From Octopus sinensis (taxonomy: Eukaryota): a stretch of DNA of 64,000 bases. Where the stretch lies: assembly GCF_006345805.1 (NCBI RefSeq), contig NW_021834787.1, forward strand, positions 6,829 through 70,828, read 5' to 3'. This document shows, one piece after another, positions 12,845-25,035 of this stretch (positions are counted from its first letter, which is position 1; each line of letters starts with the position of its first letter). A program made the translations under genes and the position numbers. Under the pieces are notes generated by a model, which worked only from the letters and a program-made list of their open reading frames with translations, had not been told where the DNA came from and did no database searches.

Positions 12845-13045
12845 TTTTAAACCAGAAAATCCAGAAAACTAGAAGATCCAGAAATCCGGGACAGCTCCAG
12901 CCCCAAACTTGCCGGTTAATTGGTCGGATATTATATTAATTTCACTAAACATTCTTTCCTCCCTAACAGTTGTTGCTGTGTTTACGCCCCTGTAACTTAG
13001 CGGTTCGGCAAAAGGCTCCGATACAATAAGTACCAGGTTTAAAAA
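12845..13045 (+). repeat. ~205-bp composite repeat, copy 2, followed by further SINE tails to ~13305
   Basis: Near-identical to 11133-11337. Confidence 0.85.
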
Positions 13046-13314
13046 GTAAAAAGTACTGAGGTTGTTTCATTCGACTCAAATTACCCGAGACGGTGCTCCT
13101 GCATGGCCGCAGTCTAATAAAAGATGCAACAAAAAATATCCTGGTAACTTAGCGGTTCGGCAAAAGCGACCGATGGAATAAAAGTTCCAGCCTTAAATGA
13201 GTAATACCAGAGTCGATCTGTTCGACTAAAACTCTTCAGGGCGATGCTCCAGTATGGCCGCAGTCTAATGACTGAAACAAGTAGAAGATAAAATATAAAG
13301 ATATGCGTGAAGTT

Positions 13315-14005
13315 ATATGTGTGTATGTGTGAATGTGTGTATGAGTATGCGTGTGTATGTGTATACGTGAATGTATGTATGTGTATGCGGGCGTGTGTGT
13401 GCGTATATGTATGTATGTCCGTGTGAATGTGTGTTTATGTGAATGTGTGTATGTGTATGCGTGTGTGCGTGTACGTGAGTGTGTATGCGTGTGAATGTGT
13501 GTATGTGTGTGTGTCGGTGTGTGTGTATGCATGTGAACTGTGTATGTGTATGCGTGTGCGTGTATATGTAAGTATGTCTGTATGAATGTGTGTGTGTGTC
13601 TGTGTGAATGTGTGTATGTGCGTGCATGTGTGTGTATGTGCGTGTATGTGTATGTATGTGTGAATGTGTGTGTGTCTGTGTGAATGTGTGTATGTGTGTG
13701 CATCTGTGTGTATGTACGTGTTTGTGTGTGCATGTGTGTGTATGTATGTGTTTGTGTGTGCATGTGTGTGTATGTACGTGTTTGTGTATGTATGTATGTA
13801 TGTATGTATGTATGTATGTATGTATGCGTGAATGTGTGCGTGTGTGTGTCAATGTGTATGTATCTGTGTGTGTGTGCATGTGTGGGTATGTGCGTGTGTG
13901 TATATATATATATGTGTATGTATGTATGTATGTATGTATGTATGTATCCATGTATCTATGTATATATATGTGAATGTGTGTGAATGTGTGTGTGTGTGTG
14001 TGCGC
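13315..14005. repeat. Cryptic (TG)n/(TATG)n microsatellite
   Basis: Direct. Confidence 0.9.
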
Positions 14006-14690
14006 GCGCGAGTGTATATTTATTAAAATTGTCTGTGCGTCTTAAGTGTCGTTTAGGCGTATTTCCGAGTTTGATTCCAGTTTAAACATTACACAGATAC
14101 GTTTATGCATTTCTCTATTGGTATATAATTTACATTCTTGTGTGTGTGTGTGTGCGTGTGTGTCTGTGTGTGTGCGCGTGTGTGTCTGTGTGTTCGCGCG
14201 TGTGTATGCGTATGTATATGTGTGCGTGTGTATCTATGAGTGCATATACGTCGCCATTGTATATCATCTCATCAAGTCTATAGCGACACTCCCGTTTCAC
14301 AAAATATCTTAAATATGTACAACCATGACCTTATTGTATAGAAATATTCTTGCCAACTGATATGAGTGAGTGGTGTTGTTCCTTGTTGTTTTTGTTGTTG
14401 TTGTTGTTGTTGCTACAATTGCTGCACTTGCAAAAGAGTTTTAAAGACTAGTTGTAAATATATATATATATATATACACACATATATGTACATATATATG
14501 TGTGTGCGTGTGTGTGTGTGCATATATATAGAAATCAATATATGTATATATTATATATATATACATATTATATATGTATATATATATATATATTATATAT
14601 ATATATATATGTGTGTGTGTAAATATATATATGTATATATATATATATGTATGTATGTAAATATATATATGTATATATATATATGTATAT

Positions 14691-14738
<48 letters not shown>

Positions 14739-14739
14739 A

Positions 14740-15645
14740 TTAAATAATAAGGGTAGAAATTGATATTAATTAATTAAAACCAGTAGCTTTGCATATTTAA
14801 GCGTAGTCTGTATGGAGGTGCTTGGCTTAGTGGTTAGGGTGTTGAACTCATGATCGTAAGGTTGTGGTTTCGATTCCTGAACCGGGTGATGCGTTGTGTT
14901 CTTGAACAAAACACTTCATCTTCACGTTGCTCCAGTCCACTCAGCTAGCAAAAATGAGTAATCCTGCGACCGACCGGCGTCCCGTCCAAGTGGGGATTTT
15001 CTATGTCACTGAAACCGGGAAATCAGCTCTTATGAGCCTGGAATGGCTCGAGAAAGAACATATATTTAAGCGTAGTCTGTCGCTTACAAAACACAATTTC
15101 CAGAACTAGATACAGAACACTCAACCGAAATCGAGTATGTATAAAGTTCTACAAATTATATTTGAGCGTAATTTTTCAAATCTCTTCACTTCGGCGCGCT
15201 GAGGCCGCTGACGATCTTGCAGATATCTGCGTGTTTGCATACGTAGATATTAACAAGTGAGACTATTGGTACATATGTAATCGTCTTTGGCGTTTTGCTG
15301 AGATTTTTCTTGAGAACACATTCTTCGTGGTAATGTGGCGATTTGACGTCTATGTTTAGCATATTAGGTGTCCACTTTAGTGGTAATTCCTCTAAATTTT
15401 GTAACACAAATTTTAACCTTCGGACTTTTAAAATATGCTAAGCCACTGGTTTTAATTGATTAATATCAATTTCTACCCTTATTATTTAATTTTAAATAAA
15501 AAAAATGTTCACTAACCGGTAACTTGGCTGCTGAAATTTATTAACTGCACAGAAATTCCCGGCCAAAGTAAAGACATTGGAAAAATACACTCAAATATAA
15601 TTTGTAGAACTTTATACGTACTCGATTTCGATTGAGCGTTCTATA
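14740..15645. repeat. Interleaved inverted repeats of probable PLE pseudo-LTR origin
   Basis: 14740-14800 inverted at ~15430-15495; 15110-15178 inverted at ~15578-15645; bounded by (TA)n. Confidence 0.6.
14812..15061 (+). mobile_element. tRNA-derived SINE family C with 19-bp TSD
   Basis: Head TGGCTTAGTGGTTAGGG...GGTTTCGATTCC; TSD ATATTTAAGCGTAGTCTGT at 14793-14811 and 15062-15080. Confidence 0.85.
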
Positions 15646-15785
15646 TATATATATATATAATATATATATATATACATATTAGAGGGAAACCACTATGTGG
15701 ACAGCCTTATGCTAGAAATATATATATATATAATATATATATATATATACATATATATACATACACACACATATATATATAATAC

Positions 15786-15845
<60 letters not shown>

Positions 15846-15847
<2 letters not shown>

Positions 15848-16024
15848 TTTAACTTTTACCTGTTTCAGTCATTTGACTTCGACCATGCTGGAGTAACGCC
15901 TTCAGTCGAGCAAATCGACTCTAGGACTTATTCTTTGTAAGCCTAGTACTTATTCTATCGGGCTCTAAGTTACGGGGACGTAAACACACCAGCATCGGTT
16001 GTCAAGCGATGTTGGGGTGGGGGT

Positions 16025-16035
<11 letters not shown>
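15846..16035 (-). mobile_element. SINE-A 3' half
   Basis: Matches the tail of the copy at 1101-1270. Confidence 0.8.
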
Positions 16036-16107
<72 letters not shown>

Positions 16108-16249
16108 GACGATATATACCGCGATATTCAAGGGATTACTGTAGCGTATATTGTACGTGTTTAACATCAACATAGATGTCATTTACTTAATTATACAATA
16201 ACTACTATGAAATCACGTATTACTTTAACAATTAAAAAATGGATTAAAT

Positions 16250-16636
16250 CTTTTAATCTTTTACTTGTTTCAGTCATTTGAGTGCGGCCATGCTGGAGCA
16301 CCGCCTTTAGTCGAGCAAATCGACCCCAGGGCTTGTTCTTTGTAAGCCTAGTACTTATTCTATCGGTCTCTTTTGCCGAACCGCTAAGTTACGGGGACAT
16401 GAACACACCAGCATCGGTTGTCAAGTGATGTTGGGAGGACAAACACACACACATATATATAAACATATACACGGCAGGCTTCTTTCAGTTTCCGTCTACC
16501 AAACCCACCAACAAGGCTTTGGTCGACCCGAGGCTATAGTAGAAGACACTTGCCCAAGGTGACACGCAGTGGGACTGAACCCGGAACCATGTGGTTGGTA
16601 AGCAAGCTACTTACCACACAGCCACTCCTGCGCCTA
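16250..16636 (-). mobile_element. SINE-A full length
   Basis: Head, internal microsatellite and tail as at 1101-1505. Confidence 0.88.
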
Positions 16637-16697
16637 TTGAGTATTTGCTTTTCGTATTTAATATATATATATATACATACATACATACATACATACA

Positions 16698-16795
<98 letters not shown>

Positions 16796-16808
16796 GTGTG
16801 TGTGTAGT

Positions 16809-17030
16809 GAAGGCGCGTGGTGGTTTAGTGGTTAGGGCATTCCTCTCATGATCGTAAGGTCGTGAAGTCAATTCCCGGCAACGCGTTGTGTTCTTGCTCC
16901 AGTCCGCTCAGCTGGCGGAAATGTGTAATCTTGCGATGGACTGGCGTCCCATCCAGGATGGGGGAGGATGTATATACACCACAAAGTTCGGGGAAACTGG
17001 CCTTATGAGCCTATGGCACAGGAAGGACCT
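16809..17030 (+). mobile_element. SINE-C
   Basis: GGCGCGTGG...TTTAGTGGTTAGGG head; body similar to 14812. Confidence 0.75.
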
Positions 17031-17442
17031 TTGATACTTTTTGTAATAGTAATTGCGAGGAATCCCGCTCGAATTGCAAGAAACAAATATGTGTATGTGT
17101 GTGTGTGTATGTTTGTGTGTGTGTATGTGTGTGTGTGTGTGGGGGGGGGTATGGTTGTGTGTGTGTGTGTGCACTTAAAATAGAGGTTGAATTACGCTGC
17201 TTCGTGTCATTAAAGCGTATATGTGTTCGCACATGTTAAATTGCGGTTGCACTTGCCTCTAATGGCACAACTAATTATAAGAGACATTATTTCATGCGAA
17301 TGTATAATAAATGGTATTAATTGTTGTTTAAGCCTTTACACGATTGCTAACTTTTTAGGCTGTTTCCAGCAGATGAAGTTGCTTCCTTTCAGTGCCAAGT
17401 TATTTTATTAACAGGCCATACCTGCTAAGCGATTTTCAAACG

Positions 17443-17957
17443 ACTAGCCGTGAATCCGCGCTTCAGGCGGAATTCAGCCTAGCTCCAGCGAAGGGCACCT
17501 TTGAAGCTTTCGACCCTATACCCTTGGGTAACGAAACTTAATTCTGCAAATGTGCTAAGCACTGTTGCTGATCATTGTTTAATCAATAAGCGTAAGAGCG
17601 ACGTAAATGCAGTGAAAATAGGGGTGGTCAGTGGGGCCCCATTTAAACGGCCCTTCAGAAATTGAACTTCCTTACGATAGTGCCTGGGAGTTCATGGTAT
17701 GAAATTCCTTGTCATTGCTCCGATTTGGTCGCCAGTGTCATTTATTTAGTTTAAAAATGCAGTAAAAATAGGTGGGGCAGTAGGGCCCCAATTAGGGGTC
17801 CTGAAAAAATAGACCTCCCCCTCCCTTAGGACATTCCCTGGGATTAGGGGAGTTGCTGGTTTGAGTTTCGTTGTCTTTGCACTAACGGTCTAAGAAGAGT
17901 TAATGAACATAAAAACATGATGGACAAAGAAACATCACTCAGATTTATAGTAAGATT
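17443..17957 (+). mobile_element. Possible Helentron-associated (HINE/DINE-1-like) non-autonomous element
   Basis: 5' ACTAGCCGTGAATCCGCGCTTCAGGCGGA hairpin-like start; two diverged ~150-bp internal repeats (17606, 17756); 3' ...CTCAGATTTATAGTAAGAT. Confidence 0.4.
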
Positions 17958-18176
17958 AGGAGACAGTATTTTCATCGACATTGTTTCGGAGCTCCGTGTT
18001 ACAACAGAGCTATGAAAGATTTTGCTTGGTGGTCTGGTTAAGTCTTGGCGTTTAGCGAAAGATTATGGCTAGCCATTCTCCATCAAGACATTTCGGAATT
18101 GTAAGGTGTTTGGTCGTTTTGTTTCTTACTTCGCTGCATTTACTGTGAATCTCATTTCCAATATAGGCTCTGATGA

Positions 18177-18590
18177 AGGCAGCAAGCGCAGAATCGTTAG
18201 CGCACCGGGCAAAATGCTTAGCGGCAGTTCGTCAGTCTTTACGATCTGTCTTCAAATTCCAGCGAGGTTAACTTTGCCTTTCATCCTTTCGGGATCGATA
18301 AAATAAGTACCAATTGAACCCTGGGGTCGATGGAATTGACTTACCCTCCTTCGAACTTGCTAGCTTTCTGCCAATTTGAAACCAATATTTAAGGCGCCGA
18401 GCTTGGCCGAATCATTAGTACGCCAGGCAAAATGCTTATCGGCATTTCGTCTGACTTCACGTTCTGAGCTCAAATTCTACCGAGGCTGACTTTACCCTTC
18501 ATCCTTTCCGGATCGATAAAATAAGTACCGATGTAATCGATTTAACCTCCCCCACGAAATTGCTGGCTTTGTGCCAAAATTTGAAACCAA
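18177..18590 (+). mobile_element. Two tandem SINE-B-type copies
   Basis: Conserved B core twice. Confidence 0.8.
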
Positions 18591-18967
18591 ATATGAGGAT
18601 GTCGTGCACATACCTGGTGGAAAAAGTGCATGAGTGATAAGTGTTAAGTGTCCGTTGTCCTAACCAGTCGTTGTATGTGATGGCTAACAGGCGGGAAAAG
18701 TTTGATCACATCAGCAGTCTAGAGATTCATTTGTAGCTTGAACGCTATTTCCCTACACACCTGTGTCTCAGCTATCAGCCGATTCAACACATTGTCTCCT
18801 CTCAAAACTTTAACTGCTTTAAGATCACAGTTCCAGATGATAGCCATGTACTCATAGCTACTTTAATGGACAACACCTTTTTTAGTTCGAAGGGTCCATT
18901 TACAAACGAATCGTTTGCTTGTAAATGAACACCTCGACAAAACATACCATGTTTGCCAATGCACATA

Positions 18968-19290
18968 CAAATATATACATGTATATATAGGCGCAATGGC
19001 ATAGTGGTTAAGGCAGCGGACTCGCGGTCGTAGGATCGCGGTTTCGATTCCCAGACCGGGCGTTGTGAGTGTTTATTGAGCGAAAACACCTAAAGCTCCG
19101 CGAGTCCCCGGCAGGGGGTAGTGGCGATCCCTGGTGTACTCTTTCGCCACAACTTTCTCTCACTCTTTCTTCTGTTGGCCGGCTCGCTTAGCCAGCGGGG
19201 TGGCGTCATTTGAAGGCTAAAACAATGCGAAGCGCATTGTGACCAGCGATGTGTAGCAACAGCTGATAGCCTGGTCGGTCACGGTGATAT
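18968..19290 (+). mobile_element. tRNA-derived SINE family D
   Basis: GGCGCAATGGCATAGTGGTTAAGGCAGCGGACTCGCGGTCGTAGGATCGCGGTTTCGATTCCC head; tail shared with 59140-59260. Confidence 0.75.
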
Positions 19291-19328
19291 GATATATATA
19301 TATATATATATATGTATAAATATATATA

Positions 19329-19381
<53 letters not shown>

Positions 19382-20025
19382 ATATATATATATGTAAATA
19401 TATATATATATCAATATATATATATATATAAATATATATATATATGTATATATAAATATATATATATATATATATACTCACATTAACACGCGCGCGCGCA
19501 CGCACACACACACATGTAAATATAGATAGTCACACGTAATGCCTTTTTAAGTGGGACTCCTTGCCGTCTTTAAGTTGTTTATTCAAGCGATTCGAGAGTT
19601 TTATTTTTCATCTTATAAGGACTTTCCGGTCTTTGGGAATAACGCCTTTAAGCATACATTGGCCTTTTTTTTTCTCTGGGACAAATTAATACATATGGCT
19701 TGCATTATTGACGTAAATTCTCGAAGTTTCCTGTCACTATCCTGCATTAAGAGACTTTCGGGACAATTTGGTTCCGGGATCTTATTTCGGACCGATTTCA
19801 AGTCAGTTTGTAGAAGTTCAGGCCGGATAGGGTTCCGGTACTTCCTGTTTGATATGCAACCCTAATTAGTTTTGGACTATGCATTATTGGCTTTATTAAA
19901 ATTTTGGGGTCACCCCTTCACATTGTGGATAAGACCCATGTTATTATCCATCCATCAATCCATCCATCCATTTCTCTTCACCCGCTTCTAAGAGAATTGT
20001 GGGGGTCGTTGGCGTCGAGTCCTTA

Positions 20026-20413
20026 GGCACTTCATTAATAGGGTCCTATCAGAAGCAACCACCATTAAGCTTTTTCGGTAGGATTCCCAATCGTGACCAA
20101 CTGAGATTACAGATATCATTCAACATTTATGTTCTTGGTCTTAAAAGGTAAAGTTACCTTCTCGAGTCGTACCGCCTCATAAAGGCCAGTTTCCCGGTTT
20201 TCATGGCGTACGAATTCGCTTGGCACTTCATCAATAGGGTCCTATCAGAAGCAACCATCATTAAGCTTTTTCGGTGAGATTCCCAATCGTGACCTACTGA
20301 GATTACAGATATCAGTCAACATTTATGTTCTTGGTCTTAAAAGGTAAAGTTACCTTCTCGAGTCGTACCGCCTCATAAAGGCCAGTTTCCCGGTTTTTAT
20401 GGCGTACAAATTC
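20026..20413. repeat. 196-bp tandem duplication spanning a SINE-C tail/flank junction
   Basis: Units begin GGCACTTCAT at 20026 and 20222; only a few substitutions. Confidence 0.9.
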
Positions 20414-20594
20414 TCCATCTAGATGGGAAACCGGGCCGTCACGGGATTACTCATTTCTGCCAGCTGAGCGTACAGGAGCAATGTGGAACAAAGTGTTTTG
20501 CTCATGAACACAACGCATCGTCCGGTCCGGGAATCGAAACCACAATCTTACGATCATGAGTCCAACACCCTAACCACTAAGACATGCGCCTCCA
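20330..20594 (-). mobile_element. SINE-C
   Basis: Reverse complement of the GGAGGCGCATGTCTTAGTGGTTAGGG head. Confidence 0.8.
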
Positions 20595-20649
20595 CAGTGT
20601 TCTTGGTCTAGCCCTAGGTCTCCTGCTGATTGGCTTAGCTTGAAGAATC

Positions 20650-20910
20650 CGTCATGTGGTTCTTCCTTGCGACATTCTAATCACATGTTCGTAAAGCGGT
20701 TCGACCTGGTCTCCGAGTTACGTTCCTTGTCGAATAACGTTATCCTGTATGATAAATGAATTAAAAGTCCAAGATATTGTTGTTACTAGTTGAGTATACT
20801 ATTATTTGCTTCATGAACATCTTTTCAGTGAGATCAAGTCATGGTTTGACATTTTTACGATTATGCTGCCGTCGGGCCATTTGAGGTCGAGGAATTTATA
20901 GTTCCCTACA
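20650..20910 (-). mobile_element. Decayed CR1/Jockey-type APE endonuclease remnant
   Basis: Minus-strand GNYKFLDLKWPDG (GDFN-x-P-x-I-x-W-like) and TSNNNILDF (TRxxNILDL-like). Confidence 0.4.
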
Positions 20911-21374
20911 GGAGTAAATTAAGGCTTTGGTCTAGTTTCGTTAATGATTCTTTATCATTCAAAGATTTTATTCAAATTTACCATTGTAATTTGAGGCTTC
21001 AAGTGATCGATATGATATAGATATTGCCAGTGAAGGAGCGTGGCTTAGTGATTAGGATATCCGACTCACTATCGGAAGGTTGTGAGTTTTATTCGCAGCA
21101 GTGCGCTGTGTCCTTCAATAGGACTCTGTATTTCCCGTTACTCCCCTCCTGAGTAGTACCTGTAATTCAAATGACCATACTGTGTCGCGCTGGATTTTCC
21201 TGAGAGCTACGTTTAGGGTTACGCGTGTCTGCGGAGTGCTCAGCCACCTGCACGTTAATTTCACTAGCAGGCTGTTCGGTTGACCGACGGAGTGCCAGTT
21301 ATTTCTTACATATTGATTTCAAATGTTGGCACGAGGCCAACAGAACAGCTTGCCGCCTTAAAGCTCTAAAAATA

Positions 21375-21490
21375 ATATTGGAAAGAAACATCATTAACCC
21401 ATTAACTTCAATGGAAGGACATATAAATTGATTAAAGGAACAGCCATGGGGACAAGGATGGTACCCTCTTATGAAAATCTAGTAATGGAT
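21375..21490 (+). mobile_element. Short PLE RT fragment
   Basis: FNGRTYKLIKGTAMGTRMVPSYENLVM, compared with FNDNFYRQKSGTAMGTRMAPSFANLVI in the 37 kb PLE. Confidence 0.7.
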
Positions 21491-21824
21491 AAGGGAATGT
21501 GGTTCAAAACAAACGTCACAACCGTTTAGTAACAAACTACATTACTTATTTTGTTAGCCTATTCCTTGGTTTTCTATTTCTTTCTCCACTCTTGAAAACG
21601 AAATTCTCTGACCTTAAATTTGGCTCAAAATAATCTTCATGACCTCTCAAGTAACAAACGACATTTTCAATTATTTTCCTCTTTAACTTAGCCTTTTTCC
21701 TCTTGATGTTTCTTTTCTTTGAGTTCTTTTTTCCTTCTTTCTCTTCTTTCTTTTCCTTCCATTCACAATAGCTTTCCTAGTATTATACACAACCAAAACC
21801 ATTTTCTCCTTTTGTATACATGTT

Positions 21825-22235
21825 TGTATGTATGTATGTATGTATTTATGTATGTATGTATGTATGTATGTATGTATGTATGTATGTATGTATGTATGTA
21901 TGTATGTATGTATGTATGCATGTATGTATGTATGTATGTATGTATGTATGCATGTATGGAAGTATGTATGTATATATGTATGAATATATGTATATATGTA
22001 TATATATATGTATGTATGCATGCATGCATGTGTGTATGTATGCATGCATGCATGCATGCATGCATGCATGCATGCATGTATGTATGTATGTATGTATGTA
22101 TGTATGTATGCATGCATGCATGCATGTATGTATGCATGTATGTATATATTATGTATACATGCATGCTTGCATGTATGCATGTATATGTATGTATGTATGC
22201 ATGCATGCATGCATGTATATATGTATGCATGTATG
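21825..22235. repeat. (TATG)n/(TGCA)n microsatellite
   Basis: Direct. Confidence 0.95.
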
Positions 22236-22663
22236 TAAGTATACCCTTTATATATGTGGGGGAGTATATATATACGTGTTTGTATTTGTGTATGTGTGGT
22301 ATCCCCTTTTTCTTACCCAATGTATGCGTATGTAGGTACGTGTGTATTTGTGTGCGTGAGTGTGTGTGTATGTGTGTGTGTGCGCGCGCGCGTTTGTGTG
22401 TGTGTGTGTGTATGTGTGTGTGTGTGCGCGCGCGCGCGTTTGTGTGTGTTTGTGTGTGTGTGTGTGAACGCCTGTATATTTATGTATCACTGGTCAGAAA
22501 TTCACTTAACATAAAATATTGGTTGAAAACGAGTTCTTATTGCCGCCTGGCTTTAATGTCGTTGTTCAGTGAAAAGAAATTTTTTTCAACTAGCAATAAA
22601 AGTCTGTGATCACCCGCTTCTAAAGGCAGAGACAAAGACTGGCTCTCTAGCGCAAGACATCTA

Positions 22664-22701
<38 letters not shown>

Positions 22702-22877
22702 AGAAAAATAAGCAGCGTCTGTCCTTCAGAAAATTCAGACATTCTACACATCTCTGTATAGAAATAAAAACAATGCAGAAAAGATGCCCCCAGCTTCTGG
22801 CTTATTTTTCTCTATCATTATTAATATTTCCCGCTGTATACTTACAATGCCACTTACTCATACGTACTTACGCACGT

Positions 22878-23285
22878 ACAGACATACATACGTACATGCA
22901 TGCATACATACATACATGCATGCACACATACATACATACATACATACATACATACATACATACATACATACATACATACATACATACATACATACATACA
23001 TACATACATACATGCATACATGCATACATACACACATACATACATACATATATACATACATACATACATACATACATACATACATACATACATACATACA
23101 TGCATACATGCATACATACATACATACATACATATATACATGCATACATACATGCATACATGCATACATACACACATACATACATACATACATACATGCA
23201 TGCATGCATACATACATACATACATACATACATACATACATACATACATACATACATACATACATACATGCATGCATGTATGCAT
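22878..23285. repeat. (CATA)n microsatellite
   Basis: Direct. Confidence 0.95.
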
Positions 23286-23698
23286 ACACACTGCCTATAT
23301 AGCAATCTTGAGAAATTAGGCTTCTCAAAACTAGAAAGGAGAAAGCTCATTCGAATATTACAGATCGAAGTCATCTGTGGAACTGTAAAGATCTGCAAAA
23401 CTTTCCAGAAGTTTTTCATTTAAGTATATATGAGCATGTTTGGACATGTAACTTGATCGATCTGTCTCTGAACCAGGATTTTAATTTCATTTGATACATA
23501 CTTTGCTATCATTTAAATGGGGAATTGCAAACATGGCCAAAGGAGGGTAGCACTTTTTACCTTTTGACACTTTAGTTTCGTTTTCCGTTTTTCGTTTTCC
23601 GTTGTTTACTGGTTGGGTTTTCTATATGCTACCTTCTCAGCTTCATCGTGTTTCTTCTATTCAGTCAATTTTTATAGTTCGTTATAATATGGGGTTTA

Positions 23699-23749
23699 CG
23701 CCTGAAGAATATGTTCGAGTTCTCTCAGCATATGAATCTATTAGTAGCG
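23699..23749 (+). ncRNA. Degenerate type I hammerhead ribozyme-like motif
   Basis: CGC-CTGAAGA-ATATG..CATAT-GAAT(A15.1>U)-CTATTAG-TA-GCG. Confidence 0.4.
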
Positions 23750-23802
23750 CTTTAATACATGCATTGTGACCTTTAAATAACAACAACAACAACAACAATA
23801 AC

Positions 23803-23877
<75 letters not shown>

Positions 23878-23997
23878 TATAATATATATATGTATAGGCA
23901 GAAACAAGGGAAATGACACTTGTATTTGAATACTATGCAAATATTCTTTTAAAAAAAGTTTTTTTCAATTTTTCCAAAATTTAACTGTTTTTCATAC

Positions 23998-24039
23998 TTA
24001 CAGTTGAAAAAGTCTCAATGACTGAAACCGGTACTGAAA
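23998..24039 (+). ncRNA. Minimal type I hammerhead ribozyme, U3-A8 core variant
   Basis: TTACAG-TTGAAAA-AGTC(TCAAT)GACT-GAAA-CCGG-TA-CTGAAA; palindromic helix III ACCGGT; second copy at 36106-36150. Confidence 0.65.
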
Positions 24040-24203
24040 TGTTTTTCATAAAATTACTTTAGTATTTTCTAACTTGACTTTTTTCCAATATATATATATA
24101 TATATAAGTCCGCAAAATTTAGATTCAGATGAATATGGTACTTAAGTTAAAGGCACCAGAATTTAGTATGGTATTATCCATATAAATCAAATGAGTGATT
24201 ATA

Positions 24204-24532
24204 ATCAAAATAACCAACAAAGATATCCAAGGTAGTGTAGTACAATTGTTTCTTGCTACTTCATTTTATTAAACACTGTAAGTATTACATCAGTTTTAAA
24301 ATGTAGAATATTTCAATTATTGAACTGATAATGCATATTCTTATACATTTGCCAGTTTTACAAAGAGGGTAGATATATAAGAATATGCATTATCAGTTTA
24401 ATTGAAAAATACTATATGTGGCTGAAGATTGCTCGACATTTTAAAACTGATGTAAAACAGTGTTTAATAAAATGAAGTAGCATGAAACAATTGTACTACA
24501 CTACCTTGGATATCTTTGTTGCTTATTTTGAT
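24204..24532. repeat. Imperfect inverted repeat (~140-bp arms), pLTR-like
   Basis: 24204-24345 vs 24376-24532. Confidence 0.8.
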
Positions 24533-24551
24533 ATATATATATAGATAGATA

Positions 24552-24718
24552 TAGGCGTAGGAGTGGCTATGTGGTAAGTAACTTGCTTGTCAACCACATT
24601 GTTCCGGGTTCAGTCCCACTGCATGGTACCTTGAGCAAGTGTCTTCTACTATAGCCTCGGGCAGACCAAAGCCTTGTGAGTGGATTTGGTAGACGGAAAC
24701 TGCAAGAAGCCCGTCGTA

Positions 24719-24720
<2 letters not shown>
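24552..24720 (+). mobile_element. SINE-A 5' half
   Basis: TAGGCGTAGGAGTGGCTATGTGG head through GCCCGTCG. Confidence 0.85.
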
Positions 24721-24734
<14 letters not shown>

Positions 24735-24756
<22 letters not shown>

Positions 24757-25035
24757 GGAGTAAAAACATAAATGTGAAACAAGGTGGAAAAAAGAGTACT
24801 CAAATACCAGTGGTAGAGTAATATGCTTTTTTAAGCAGCAGAGAAAATTCAACAAAATCTGTTACTCTGAGTTTCTCGTTGCCGTTCATCAGACAGTTTT
24901 GCTAGAATGGAACCGATATATCAATTCAATCTAGACTCTTACAAACGCTACACCTTTAAAAAGAAATGGACTTGTTTGATTGGCCCTTTAGAAAAAAACG
25001 GTCAATCTTCGAGCGATAAACAAAAAGGTCAAAAA
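24735..25035 (-). mobile_element. Solo PLE pseudo-LTR with 3' tail, between (TA)n tracts
   Basis: Near-identical to 27645-27862 in opposite orientation; contains a hammerhead motif. Confidence 0.75.
24852..24902 (-). ncRNA. Type I hammerhead ribozyme (pLTR family)
   Basis: GCAAAACTGT-CTGATGA-ACG(GCAA)CGA-GAAA-CTCAGAG-TA-ACAGATTTTGT. Confidence 0.65.

Noticed and set aside
24455-24505. Hammerhead-like GAAA-CAATTG-TA motif in the inverted-repeat arm
   Set aside because: The upstream core reads TTAATAA (G5 lost) and helix I is out of register by 2 nt.
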